Shown here piece after piece: positions 12,539-23,358 of a DNA stretch of 64,000 nucleotides; position 1 is the first letter of the stretch, and each line of letters begins with the position of its first letter. Source of the DNA: Eledone cirrhosa (lineage: Eukaryota); assembly GCA_964016885.1 (NCBI GenBank), contig OZ024754.1, positions 16,678,001-16,742,000 on the forward strand. The letters are read 5' to 3'. The position numbers and the translations under genes are program-made. The notes under the pieces were generated by a model. That model searched no databases. It had not been told where the DNA came from and saw nothing but the letters and a program-made list of their open reading frames with translations.

Positions 12539-13786
12539 TGGGTGCGGATGGTATTTGAGGACAGATTTATGGTTTTTAAAAAACGCTTATATAATAACAA
12601 AAACAAACTGTATTCTTATAAAAATAACATAAACATAAAGCTAAATTATAAATTTAATAATTTCATTCAATAAAACCACCATAAGCATTAATAACTGTCT
12701 TTACGCGGGGTCAAAATCGTTTGCAATCACGGATTAAGTGGTCCTTGTTAATATCGGACATGACTTGAACTATGGCGACTTTCAAAGAATCTTTGGTGCT
12801 ATGGAGGTGTTCGTTGACATTTTTCTCAACAGTGCTCCATACATAGTAGTCCAGTGGATTGAGATCTGGAGAATTAGGAGGCCAAATGTTTGGAGTGATG
12901 TGATCATGTAAATTGTCAGCCATCCATTCTTATGGCATTTGAGCCTTGTGTGATGGTGCAGAATCTTGTTGAAAGACATAAGGCCTTCCATTGCATATAC
13001 TGTTGATCCAAGGCTTAACAACTTTATCCAGAACCTCAATATATGCAGCAGCATTCACCCTAAGGCCTTGTGGAAAAAAGTGAGGAGGCATCACATGTCC
13101 TTCATTGCTAACAACACCCCAAACCATGACACTTGCAGGAAATACTGTGTGCATTACTCTTGGAACCTCAGAAGGGTCTGCACATAGTAGCCACCTGTCG
13201 TTTCTTCTGTTAGTTTTCTGGTCCTGGTCAAAGTTTTTCTCATCTGAGAAAGACCAAATCACATCATCTTCTGATGGATTTTTAAGTTTGTTTAAAAGTC
13301 TTTTGGATCTGATTAAACACTTTTCTTTTGTTTTTTTTTACATGAATTGACCTCTCCTCATCACATAAGATTTGTATCTGATGTCTTCATGCACAACATT
13401 TCTGATTGTTTTTTCTGACACGCCAAAATATTTTGCAATTGACCTCATTGATTTTCCTGCTTAACTTCCTGAATAAATTCAGGTGTCCTGATAGAATCAG
13501 AGTGTTTGGAATGTTTATTACGTTTTGATACAGGTAATACGCTTCCATCTTCTTTCTCTAACTCACACTGAATCTTGTGGACAAAAGATCTTGCAACTTT
13601 CAGAAAATGAGAAATTTCTAAATCCCCATGCTTAGCATTCAAAGCCGCAATCACAGCAGGCCTTTTCATTTTCATAGTAAGTATAGTTATTTTCATTGTT
13701 ATTTTCTGAAATGGAAATTCAATAACAATAGTCAAATAAAATAATGACTAAAAATACATGTGTCCTCAAATACCGCCCGCACCCTG
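12538..13786 (-). mobile_element. Tc1/mariner transposon (DD37D/maT-like) with frameshifted transposase
   Basis: ~26-bp TIRs CTGGGTGCGGATGGTATTTGAGGACA / TGTCCTCAAATACCGCCCGCACCCTG. Motifs FSDEKNF, VMVWGVVS, FQQDSAPSH and WPPNSPDLNPLDY are split over three frames. Confidence 0.92.
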
Positions 13787-13798
13787 TGTGTGTGTGTG

Positions 13799-13859
<61 letters not shown>

Positions 13860-13893
13860 ATGATATTAATAAATGGAAACTATATTTATAAAA

Positions 13894-13955
<62 letters not shown>

Positions 13956-14448
13956 TATGTAGGTTCCTGACTAGTCTGGTGGGGGGTGGCAGGTTAACTA
14001 CAGTTAAAAATGTTACACAATACATTGGTAGAGTATAGGCATTTTTATTATATATAGAAATGACTTAAATGACTTTTACAGGACTAGAACTATTTCATTC
14101 ATATGAAATCATCAGGTACTTCAAACAGCTATTTTTGCCACACATTATGTCATGCTGGATCTCCAGCATGACATAATGGATACATGTGTCTATGGAATGC
14201 TCAGCCACTTATATGTTTATTTCATGAGCAGGCTGTTCTGATGATGAATAAATTGGGACACTCCTCATCGAAGCCAATAAAGCTTTGTCCTTCCCTCACT
14301 TGTTTCCCCAAATTTTACCTACTTCTTGAGTATAATTTTAATGAAGCAGATTATCAAAGGGAAATTACTATTAAAAATGTCCTGACCACTATAAGTGCAT
14401 ATTTTATGTGTGTGTCTGTGTGTGTTTTACATATGTAGCAAAATAATA

Positions 14449-14632
14449 CAGGTTAAATTCCGTTATAACGAATACCATTGTAACAAATTTTTCAGTATCA
14501 TGAAATATTTTTCAATCTCTGAGGTAATAACAAACGTTCGATTGGTTTCTGTCAATCTCATTATAAAGAATTTTTTGTTACAACAAATTTCTTTTTATAC
14601 CCTGTGAATTTCATTATAACGGGATTCCACTG
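14449..14632. mobile_element. Tigger/pogo-like MITE, degenerate
   Basis: TA|CAGGTTAAATTCCGTTATAACG ... CATTATAACGGGATTCCACTG|TA (imperfect TIRs, TA TSD). Confidence 0.65.
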
Positions 14633-14868
14633 TATTTTATGTGTGGATTTTCTTGGTTAGTTCTTAAAAACAGGTTATTTCTTCTTTCAGATTTGACTCC
14701 CACAAGTCAGAGTTAATTTACTTCACTCGTGTGTTTTAACCTCTTTCCAGCATGTTTGTCTGCTTTGATCCACTAATGGAAAATTTAACTTGTTGCTTTT
14801 CACTCCAGGTTTAATGTTTAATCTGGCAGGTTGGACTGGGTGCTTTTTGTTGTGTCACCAACACTATA

Positions 14869-14960
<92 letters not shown>

Positions 14961-15002
14961 GTAATAATAATAAATTTGAAGACTTATATATATATATATA
15001 TA

Positions 15003-15490
15003 GTAAGGGACCTATTATTGACCAAACCTGACACTGTAATCGAAAGATCAACAGATATGGCTTAGTATGTGAGCTCATCTCCGATTCTGTGCATGAAATT
15101 TTCCAGTCAGTAGATATATACAGCTGACTGGATGAGAGATAGATGTTACTTCAGGGATAGACTGATGATGATGGTGAGATAATGAACCAATGAGTGGACA
15201 CAAAATACCACATTGTTAGAATGCGTTGTATATATCTACTGACTGGAGAATTTCACATACAAAACAATATTTGATGATCTTTCGATTACAGAGTCAGGTT
15301 TGGTCAATAATAGGTCATTACTCGAGCTGATTGATAGTGAAACATATGTAATATGTTATTAAATATCTTATGATGCAACACTGAATCTTTGTTCCTTTAT
15401 TCTTATAGTATCATACTCTGCTCTGTGCAAGCATTGAGTGTTCACCTGGCATACCACCTATGGATGCAATTTTTCTTGCAATCATACACC
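15003..15490 (+). mobile_element. Fold-back Penelope pLTR-like module with long-stem-II hammerhead (15263-15357)
   Basis: 15009-15125 is inverted to ~15226-15316. The fold reads ATAT-TTGATGA-[61 nt]-GAAA-CATATG-TA|ATATG. The inverted copy reads CATAT-CTGTTGA, so the two-copy consensus is CTGATGA. Confidence 0.7.
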
Positions 15491-15528
<38 letters not shown>

Positions 15529-15717
15529 CACATAATTTATCTCCATATGTGGTTGATGGCTGAGAGAAAAAGAGCACTCAATACCAAAGTAAAGTTTTAA
15601 TATTAATTTTATTACGGTTAAATAGTGAGTCTTGTAACTCTGGAGTTCCACCTGTTAATCACAGAGTCAGCATAATGACCCTGTGATTAACAAGACTGTG
15701 ATTTAGCCTTAATAAAA

Positions 15718-15764
<47 letters not shown>

Positions 15765-15770
<6 letters not shown>

Positions 15771-17171
15771 GAGCAGTCAGCAAAGTTAGGATTAACAATG
15801 AGTATAGCGAGGAATTTAGCATACAGGTTGGGGTCCACCAGGGCTCTGTTCTTAGCCCCATCCTGTTCATCATAGTCCTGCAGGCAACAATGGAGGAGTT
15901 TAAGACCGGATGCCCATGGGAACTCCTGTATGCTGATGACCTCGCACTTATAGCTGAATCTATGGTAGAACTAGAGAAGAAATTCCAAACTTGGAAGCAA
16001 GGACTAGAAAGAAAGGGTCTCAAAGTCAACATGACAAAGACTGAGGTCCTTGTAAGTAGACGAGAAGATAGACCCCAGATCCTCTCAGGGAAATGGCCTT
16101 GCTCAGTATGTAGGAAAGGCATAGGTAGGAACTCCATTCTCTGCCCCAAATGGAAACAATGGGTACACAAGAGATGTAGCGGGATCTCAGGAAGCTTAAT
16201 TAAGAATGTAGGCTTCACATGCAGCAGCTGTGCTGGGACAGCAAGCAGCAAACAGCCACAGGAAACAAGTACCACCAATCTCTGGGAGGGCTCTGTAGAA
16301 ACAGTAGACAGCTTCTGCTACCTAGGTGACCAAATTAGCAGCGGAGGTGGGTCTTCAGAAAGTACAATAACTAGGGTAAGAACGGGATGGAAGAAGTTTA
16401 GGGAACTACTACCAATGCTAGGTGCAAAAGGCTTCTCCCTCAAAATGAAAGGCAGACTGTATGATGCGTGTATCTGAACAGCGATGTTGCATGTTAGTGA
16501 GACCTGGGCGCTGAAGGTGGAAGACTTACGTAGATTAGAGAGAAACGAAGCCTGCATGCTCCGATGGATGTGTAATAGTAATATACGCGAACGGCAAAGC
16601 ATAAATGAATTGAGAGAGAGACTGAGCATAAGAGGAATCAAATGCTGTGTGCAGGAGAGGCAGTTGCGTTGGTATGGACATGTGATGCATATGAAGCATG
16701 ACAGCTGCATAAAAAGGTGCAGAGCACTAGAAGTCGATGGAAACCGCGGAGTGAGGAGACCCAAGATGACCTGGGATGAGGTGATAAAAGCCGACCTTAC
16801 TCAATTACACCTCTCAAAGGCGATGACACATGACGTCATGCAGTAATACAGAGTACCCGACCTCCCATGGGTACAAGCTGAAGCATATAGACAATATGCC
16901 CCCATCCACCCCACTGAAAGGTGGTCATGGAGGTGCCACGGCAGAAAAGCACCCAGCCCACACTGTAAAGTGGACATGTAGGCGCCACGAAAAAGCACCC
17001 AGCAGTCACTGTAAATGAGGTTGGTGTTAGCAAGGGCATCCAGCTTTAGAAATCAAGCCAAATCAGTTCCTGTATGAGCCGACCAGACACTGCCCACAAC
17101 AGGACAACCCGTCTAACCCATGCTAGCGTGGAAGAATGGACGTAAAACGGTGATGATGATGATGATGATGA
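15765..17171 (+). mobile_element. 5'-truncated RTE-BovB-type LINE (RT, Cys/His finger, C-terminus, 3' UTR, (ATG)n tail)
   Basis: GVHQGSVLSP and ELLYADDL motifs, CSVC..C..WVHKRC..CSSC, RWYGHVM; in-frame stop at 16475; begins inside (TA)n. Confidence 0.95.
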
Positions 17172-17700
17172 TATATATATATATTTATATATATACATGT
17201 ACATACAGAGAAACATGCTACTCTCTCTTATAAATCAATAATTGGTTTAATTTCTCTTTCTTAATCCACCACACTGCCACCACCATGACATGTCTGTATT
17301 CTTTTTGGTCACGTTTTGGTGTGTGGCACGTTTGTCATATAAAAAGAAATTAGCTTTACACACACACATATATACATGTTCTCACACATGAAACAGAAGG
17401 AATCCATCAAAAGTAAACCAATTTCCTAAAAAAAAATCACACACCCCCTCCCCCCTAAAAAAAAGAAGATATTTGTCATTTTGTCAGATTTCCTTTGAGC
17501 GGTATTATTAACAAATTTGTTGCCAATGTCAGGCAAATCAACTTCTTCATACTTCTCTATACCTGTTACCAACATTCATTTCATTCTTCTAGTTTACCAA
17601 GGGAGTTAGTTTAATTCCACTAAACGAGTTTATTTCTATTGTAGCTTTCCAATTGTATTTGTTGCAATGTTAAATTATCCTTCTTAATTAGTTATTCCCA

Positions 17701-17730
<30 letters not shown>

Positions 17731-17731
<1 letters not shown>

Positions 17732-18145
17732 AAAGAGATTGTTCAGGTTTGTTTGAAGCATTGTGGAATAAGAAAAAAATAGTCTCTTTGGAAGCCTTTA
17801 CAACGCAGATGGGTAAATCTTCTGGCAACGAAATCCAGTGGCAATAGGAAAAGGAAAACAAATGTAAATAAATGTAATAATTGTTTCTACTTTAGGCACA
17901 AGGCCAGCAATTACCCAGTGCATTACTGGTACTTCATTTTATTGACCCCGTAAGGATGAAAATAATTAATCTTTTAAGGTACACAAACTCTGACATTCTT
18001 CATTTTCTTTTTCCTCTTTTCTCCTTATACCTTTTACATTTATTTATGTTTGTTTTCCTTTTCTTTCTCCTTCTCCTACTGCTATTGGATTTCGTTGCCA
18101 GAGGATTTACCCATCTGCATTGTAGATGCTTCCAAACTGACTATT
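17731..18145. mobile_element. Fold-back module of the same family as 33346-33962, interrupted by a SINE fragment
   Basis: ~17780-17855 is inverted to ~18065-18145. TTGAAGCATTGTGGAA and ATGGGTAAATCT are shared with 33365-33440. Confidence 0.65.
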
Positions 18146-18291
18146 TATATATATATATATATATATATAAACTGGAGCAATGTGAAATAAAGTGTCTTGC
18201 TCAAGGAAACAACACATCACCCGGTCTGAGAATTGAACTCGCAACCTTTCGATTGCAAGGCCAATGCTCTAACCACTAAGCCATATGCCTC

Positions 18292-18363
<72 letters not shown>

Positions 18364-18367
<4 letters not shown>

Positions 18368-18695
18368 CATATGGCTTAGTGGTTAGAGCATTGGCCTTGC
18401 AATCGAAAGGTTGCGAGTTCAATTCTCAGACCGGGTGATGTGTTGTTTCCTTGAGCAAGACACTTTATTTCACATTGCTCCAGTTTACTCAGCTGTAGAA
18501 ATGAGATGATAGGGACTGGGGTCCCTATCATTCCACTGCAAAGTGGTCGTGGAGGTGTCACGACAAAAAAGCACCCAGCACTCACTGTAAATGAGGATGG
18601 TGTTAGGAAGGGCATCCAGCTGTAGAAATCAAGCCAGCATCAGTTCCCGTCCCACCCTTGCAAGCAGGGGAAAGCGGACGTGAAATGATGATGAT
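18364..18695 (+). mobile_element. tRNA-derived SINE family A with RTE-derived tail; other copies 18171-18293(-), 19255-19568(+), 24813-25156(-), 36181-36525(-), 54481-54697(-), 62043-62350(+)
   Basis: A box TGGCTTAGTGG, B box GAGTTCAATTC, core CCTTGAGCAAGACACTT. The 3' part (GGAAGGGCATCCAGCTGTAGAAATCAAGCC...GGACGTAAAATGATGATG) matches the RTE 3' UTR at 16915-17170. Confidence 0.92.
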
Positions 18696-18710
18696 ATATA
18701 TATATATATA

Positions 18711-19245
18711 TAATTCAAGAGATAAGAGTAACATGGTTGTCTGTACAATAAGGGCTTTATTCAGAGTGCTGACAATTGTTTCTTTGATCTGGTAGGTCTA
18801 GGTGTCATTATTTTAACTATTCAGTATCTAGTTATTTTGTTATTGATATTATTGTTCTGGTCTAATACCACTCTATAAAAGCCATGCCTTGCGTATTATC
18901 CTCACATTCGCTCGCTCTGATGAATTAACTAGTTATAAACAAAGTATTGGAGATCGATTGACGCAACATCTAGCGATTAGTGAACTCTAGACCTACCAGA
19001 TCAAAGAAACAATTGTCAGCATTCTGAATAAAGCCCTTATTGTACAGCCAACCATGTTACTCTTATCTCTTGAATTATATACTCCAAGTATAACCTACAT
19101 AGAATTCACCGTGAACTCGCTGCATCACTATGGAAGCATCTTGTTGAGTCAAACTAAGCCATACGTTAATACCATCCACAACACGGAGTACTCTAACTAT
19201 ACTACCTCTAAGTGGACTGCCTATAACGATAACTTGTTATCCCGT
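18711..19245 (+). mobile_element. Fold-back Penelope pLTR-like module with long-stem-II hammerhead (18914-19020); diverged minus-strand relative at ~19833-20078
   Basis: 18711-18801 is inverted to 18987-19077. The fold reads GCT-CTGATGA-[82 nt]-GAAA-CAATTG-TC|AGC. Confidence 0.7.
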
Positions 19246-20090
19246 ATATATATATTGCAATTGAAAGGTTGTGAGTTCAATTCTCAGACCGGGTGATGTG
19301 TTGTTTCCTTGAGCAAGACACTTTATTTCACATTGCTCCAGTTTACTCAGCTGTAGAAATGAGATGATAGGGACTGGGGTCCCTATCATTCCACTGCAAA
19401 GTGGTCGTGGAGGTGCCACGGCAAAAAAGCACCCAGCACTCACTGTAAATGAGGTTGGTGTTAGGAAGGGCATCCAGCTGTAGAAATCAAGCCAGAATCA
19501 GTTCCCGTCCCACCCTTGCAAGCAGGGAAAAGCGGACGTAAAATGAAATGATGATGATGATGATGATATATATTTTTTTTATCATATATATACACATATA
19601 TATATATATATGTATGTAAATAAGGAGACACAGGCTTTGTTTACAAACAGCTAGCATATTTGAAAATTAGTTTGTAACATGTGCTTATGCCGTATTTGAC
19701 TAAATAGAATTAGTTTGTTAGTTGAGATTTAAAAAACCCATCTGAATAGGAAAAGGGATGAGTATTGATGTACATGGGACATGAACCCACATCTTTGGTT
19801 TGGCATATATATATATATATATACATATATATATACGGGGTAACAAATAATAGTTATATGCAGTCCACTTAGGTGTAGTCCAGTTATGGTATTCCGAGTA
19901 GTGGATGATATCAACGCTTGGCTTGGTTTGACTCAACAAGGCGTTTTCATAGTGATGTTGCGAGTATGCTGTAATTCCTATGTTGTAAACACTTGGAGTA
20001 ATAATAAATCAGGAAAGAAGATTGACATGGTTTGCTATACAAAAAAGGTTTTTAATCTCATTGCTGACAATTGTTTCTCTGTGTGTGTAT

Positions 20091-20783
20091 ATCATCATCA
20101 TCATCATCATCAACGTTTAACGTCCGTGTTCCACGCTTGCATGGGTTTGGACGGGGGTATTCCCACTTGAGGCAAGAGTGATTGTCTTGCTTGCATAGGA
20201 CTGTCTGGCAGGTTTTCTACAGTTGGATGCCCTTCCTAACACCAACCACATTTACAGTGTGGGTCTGGGAGGTTTTTACCGTGTTGCCTACACGGACACA
20301 TTACAGCGTGGACTGTGTGTTTTTTTGTCGTGACACCTACACGATCTCATTTGTTTCGGCCTGGATGGTGTGGCACCAACATAACTTTACATAGAACGGG
20401 GTGGTGTGGATGGGGTGGGGGTGGTGGGACGGGGGTGTATTTTGTTAGAGATGCCGACTGGCTGTAGTAGGTTTTACTATGTATTTAGGTAAGGCGGGTC
20501 TTCTCTATTACTGAGTACCGCCAAAGGTCTCGGTCCAGTGACATTGTCTTGGAGAGGTGTAAGTGTGTGAGGTCGGAGTTTATCAGCTCGTCCCAGGTTT
20601 TTCTAGGTCTGCCTATTCCGTGGCTCCCGTCTATCTTTATTGCCCTGCACTTTGTTATACAGCTATCGTCCTTCATGCGCATCACGTGTCCATACCAACG
20701 TAGCCTTCTCTCGAGTAAACAACATCTGATCCCTCTTATTTCTAATTTTTTCCTTAGTTCGTTTATGCTTTGTCGTTCACGTA
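20091..20783 (-). mobile_element. RTE LINE 3' fragment (same subfamily as 55933-56794, 46209-46542 and 43013-43217)
   Basis: [12 protein letters not shown]...GRPRKTW, shared 3' UTR and (ATG)n tail. Confidence 0.92.
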
Positions 20784-21072
20784 TATATATATATATACAC
20801 ACATATGTTTATTGTTATATTTGAGGTTGGACATGTTGCCAGTATTGCCAATAAAAAGAAACACACACACATATAATAAGATTTTCACTTTATCTTTATT
20901 ACTAGTTAATCGTTAGTTCATCACACACTCTGTGACCTCTTCAATGACTATCTGTTCTCATTTGTGTCTCCTCTTCTTTCTGGTCTTAATCTGCTACTCT
21001 ATGTTGTATTTTCTTTTCACATCAAGAATCTTACAAAACAAATACATAAATGTATATATATATATCTATCTA

Positions 21073-21111
<39 letters not shown>

Positions 21112-21114
21112 ATA

Positions 21115-21185
<71 letters not shown>

Positions 21186-21189
21186 AAGA

Positions 21190-21362
21190 AAGTGTGGTAA
21201 GGAACCAGTTAGACCATTACTCACCAGAGTACTCGATACTTAGGGTAGTAGAGTGGGTAATAGGAAAAGAGTCAGGACCCCAACAGCTGAGCTCCGGCCG
21301 TTTCGGCAGCTAGATCCGAAATAGTCGGAGCTCAGTCATCAGTGTCCTGACTCTTTTCCTAT
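21190..21362. mobile_element. Fold-back module with ~100-nt hairpin; related copy at ~36870-36986
   Basis: ATAGGAAAAGAGTCAGGAC (21260) pairs with GTCCTGACTCTTTTCCTAT (to 21362), plus an inner 20-bp stem. GTGGTAAGGAACCAG...CTCACCAGAGTACTC is shared with 36871. Confidence 0.75.
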
Positions 21363-21600
21363 ATATATATATATAATCATCGTCATCATCATCATTTTAC
21401 ACCTGCTTTTCCCTGCTTGCTTTTCATATATATATATGAAAAGTTTGATTATAAAAAAAGCTGTTACATTGCCAAGGTAATAATCAGAGAAAATTGAGAG
21501 AGAAAGTAAAATAAAATAAAGTACAAGTGATTGAAAGTTACCGTAACAATTTATTATTCACCAAATCTTTCAGATTGACATCCATTATCAAGGATGGGTT

Positions 21601-21633
<33 letters not shown>

Positions 21634-23084
21634 CATCAAGAATGCCCCTACTTCAGACCTCTTCAGATTTTACAAAGGGTTTGCAAACATACCATATATC
21701 TGTCTGTCTGTTTGTCTGTCCCCCACTCGATCCATCCATGCATCCCTCCAAATACACTCATCCATGTTCTTCACTCTCCTTCCCCTCCAGCCTTCCACCC
21801 ATCTAACCATCCTTCAATCTACCCCTCTACACCCCCACCTCCCATCTATCCCTCACTCCATCTACACCTGCATTCAACCTTCTACCTATCCACCCATCTA
21901 TACACCTCTCCACCCATCTATCCATCCATCCATCTTGTTTGTTTATAAAGTTCAAATAAACAAATCTGAAACCTGAAACAATGGTGTAGCTGTATAGATT
22001 AAGAACAACATACACCATGCGCTCCACAAAACCCCTTTTAAAATGTTCTTATTTTAATTGTTAACCTGACTTTTCATACTATGAGCTTTGTTTATTGAAC
22101 TGTGATCTCTCAAAATATCAAACGTGATTTTACTTAGGTTAAAGATGGTTGCAAAAAAAACCAAAACAGATTATAAAACCCACTAAAATGTAGTTGCCAT
22201 GTTTAAATTATGGCTGCCATTGCTCGTGACCAAATAATTTAATCACGTTGATTATGACATGTCCATTACCTCAAAGGAAGGGTAAGTTATGACAATATAT
22301 CTGTACACTGCATTAATAATTTTACTGCTGCTTTACAAAGAAAAGTTGAAGAACATATTAAAGATGATTAAAAAGACACCATCAGTTAAATATAGTTTAA
22401 AATATCTTAAAGGCCAATATTGGCAAAGAATTGTAAATTTAGAACTAAACAAAGTAAGCTGAGTTAACCCTTTTGTTACCATGTTTCTAATGAATAACAA
22501 CATCTATAATTTTCAATTCATTTTGAAAATAATTAAGAATTTGGAGGGATTTAGTAATATAACTAAATTTCTCATTATTAAGCTGATGTTAACATATTTT
22601 TAACCCTTTAACATTTAAACCAGCCATATTTGGCCAGCATTCTTTCACCTCTTTTTGTTCAAACCAGCCACAACTGGGCACTCATACTGATGTGAAGGTA
22701 TTGTTCTCAAAATCTCGTAGATTCCATATGTGAGATAAAGCCTTTACCATGAAAATATAATAGTAATGTAAATGCTAAAGGGTTAATGGAAGACACCAGC
22801 TATGGTTTTCAAATCATTTGGAGGGATTTAGTAATAAACTTTATTCTTCATTTTTAAGCTTTGTTTAGAATATAACTTAACAAAGGTTCGTACATAAAAT
22901 TATGATGGCAGGTTTTTAGATAAATGTAAACTAAAGTTAAGGATGGTAAATTGCCCAAATTGCTAGAGTGTGAGACCAAATGCATTGCGTTATCTAGTTA
23001 TGACCCATTGCATTCTGAGTTGAAATTCCCAGAAAGTCAACTTTGACTTTCATCCCTCTGGGATTGATGAAAAGAATTACTGAA

Positions 23085-23358
23085 TTGAGGGATCACAGCT
23101 CCGATACTATGGCCATGTGGTTAGAATGTCTCAGGAAAGAATCACTGGACATATTTTACAAGTAAAACCAGCCGACAGGAGACCCAGGGGTAGACCCCGA
23201 GCAAGATGGTTGGATAACATCCATGAGCTTGGCTGGTCATGCTTGGAGATCCAGCCAGATCAGTTGGAGACAGTTGCTTCTGACAGGGCCCGCTGAAGGG
23301 AGTGTTTGAGGACTCTGCCCCCAAGACCCTCTCAGGAATGAGTCAGTGAAGAAGAAGT
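23085..23358 (+). mobile_element. 3' end of a different RTE-clade LINE inserted in a family B SINE
   Basis: QLRYYGHVVRM...RRPRGRPRARW C-terminal motif and a (GAA)n tail. Confidence 0.7.

Noticed and set aside
14081-14119. Functional hammerhead on the minus strand
   Set aside because: The core CTGATGA/GAAA is present, but stem I (GTAC/GTCC) and stem III (TAGTTC) are mismatched; kept only as a decayed remnant.
14690-14808. Exon after TTCTTCTTTCAG
   Set aside because: The acceptor looks good, but there is no consensus donor and the frames close quickly.
15709-16278. Antisense ORFs over RTE and CRE elements (also 28943-29575, 57765-58109, 62510-62935)
   Set aside because: Shadow frames of the retrotransposon coding strand.
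18364-18440. Possible tRNA gene
   Set aside because: A and B boxes are present, but the sequence continues into a SINE core and RTE tail and occurs in several copies.
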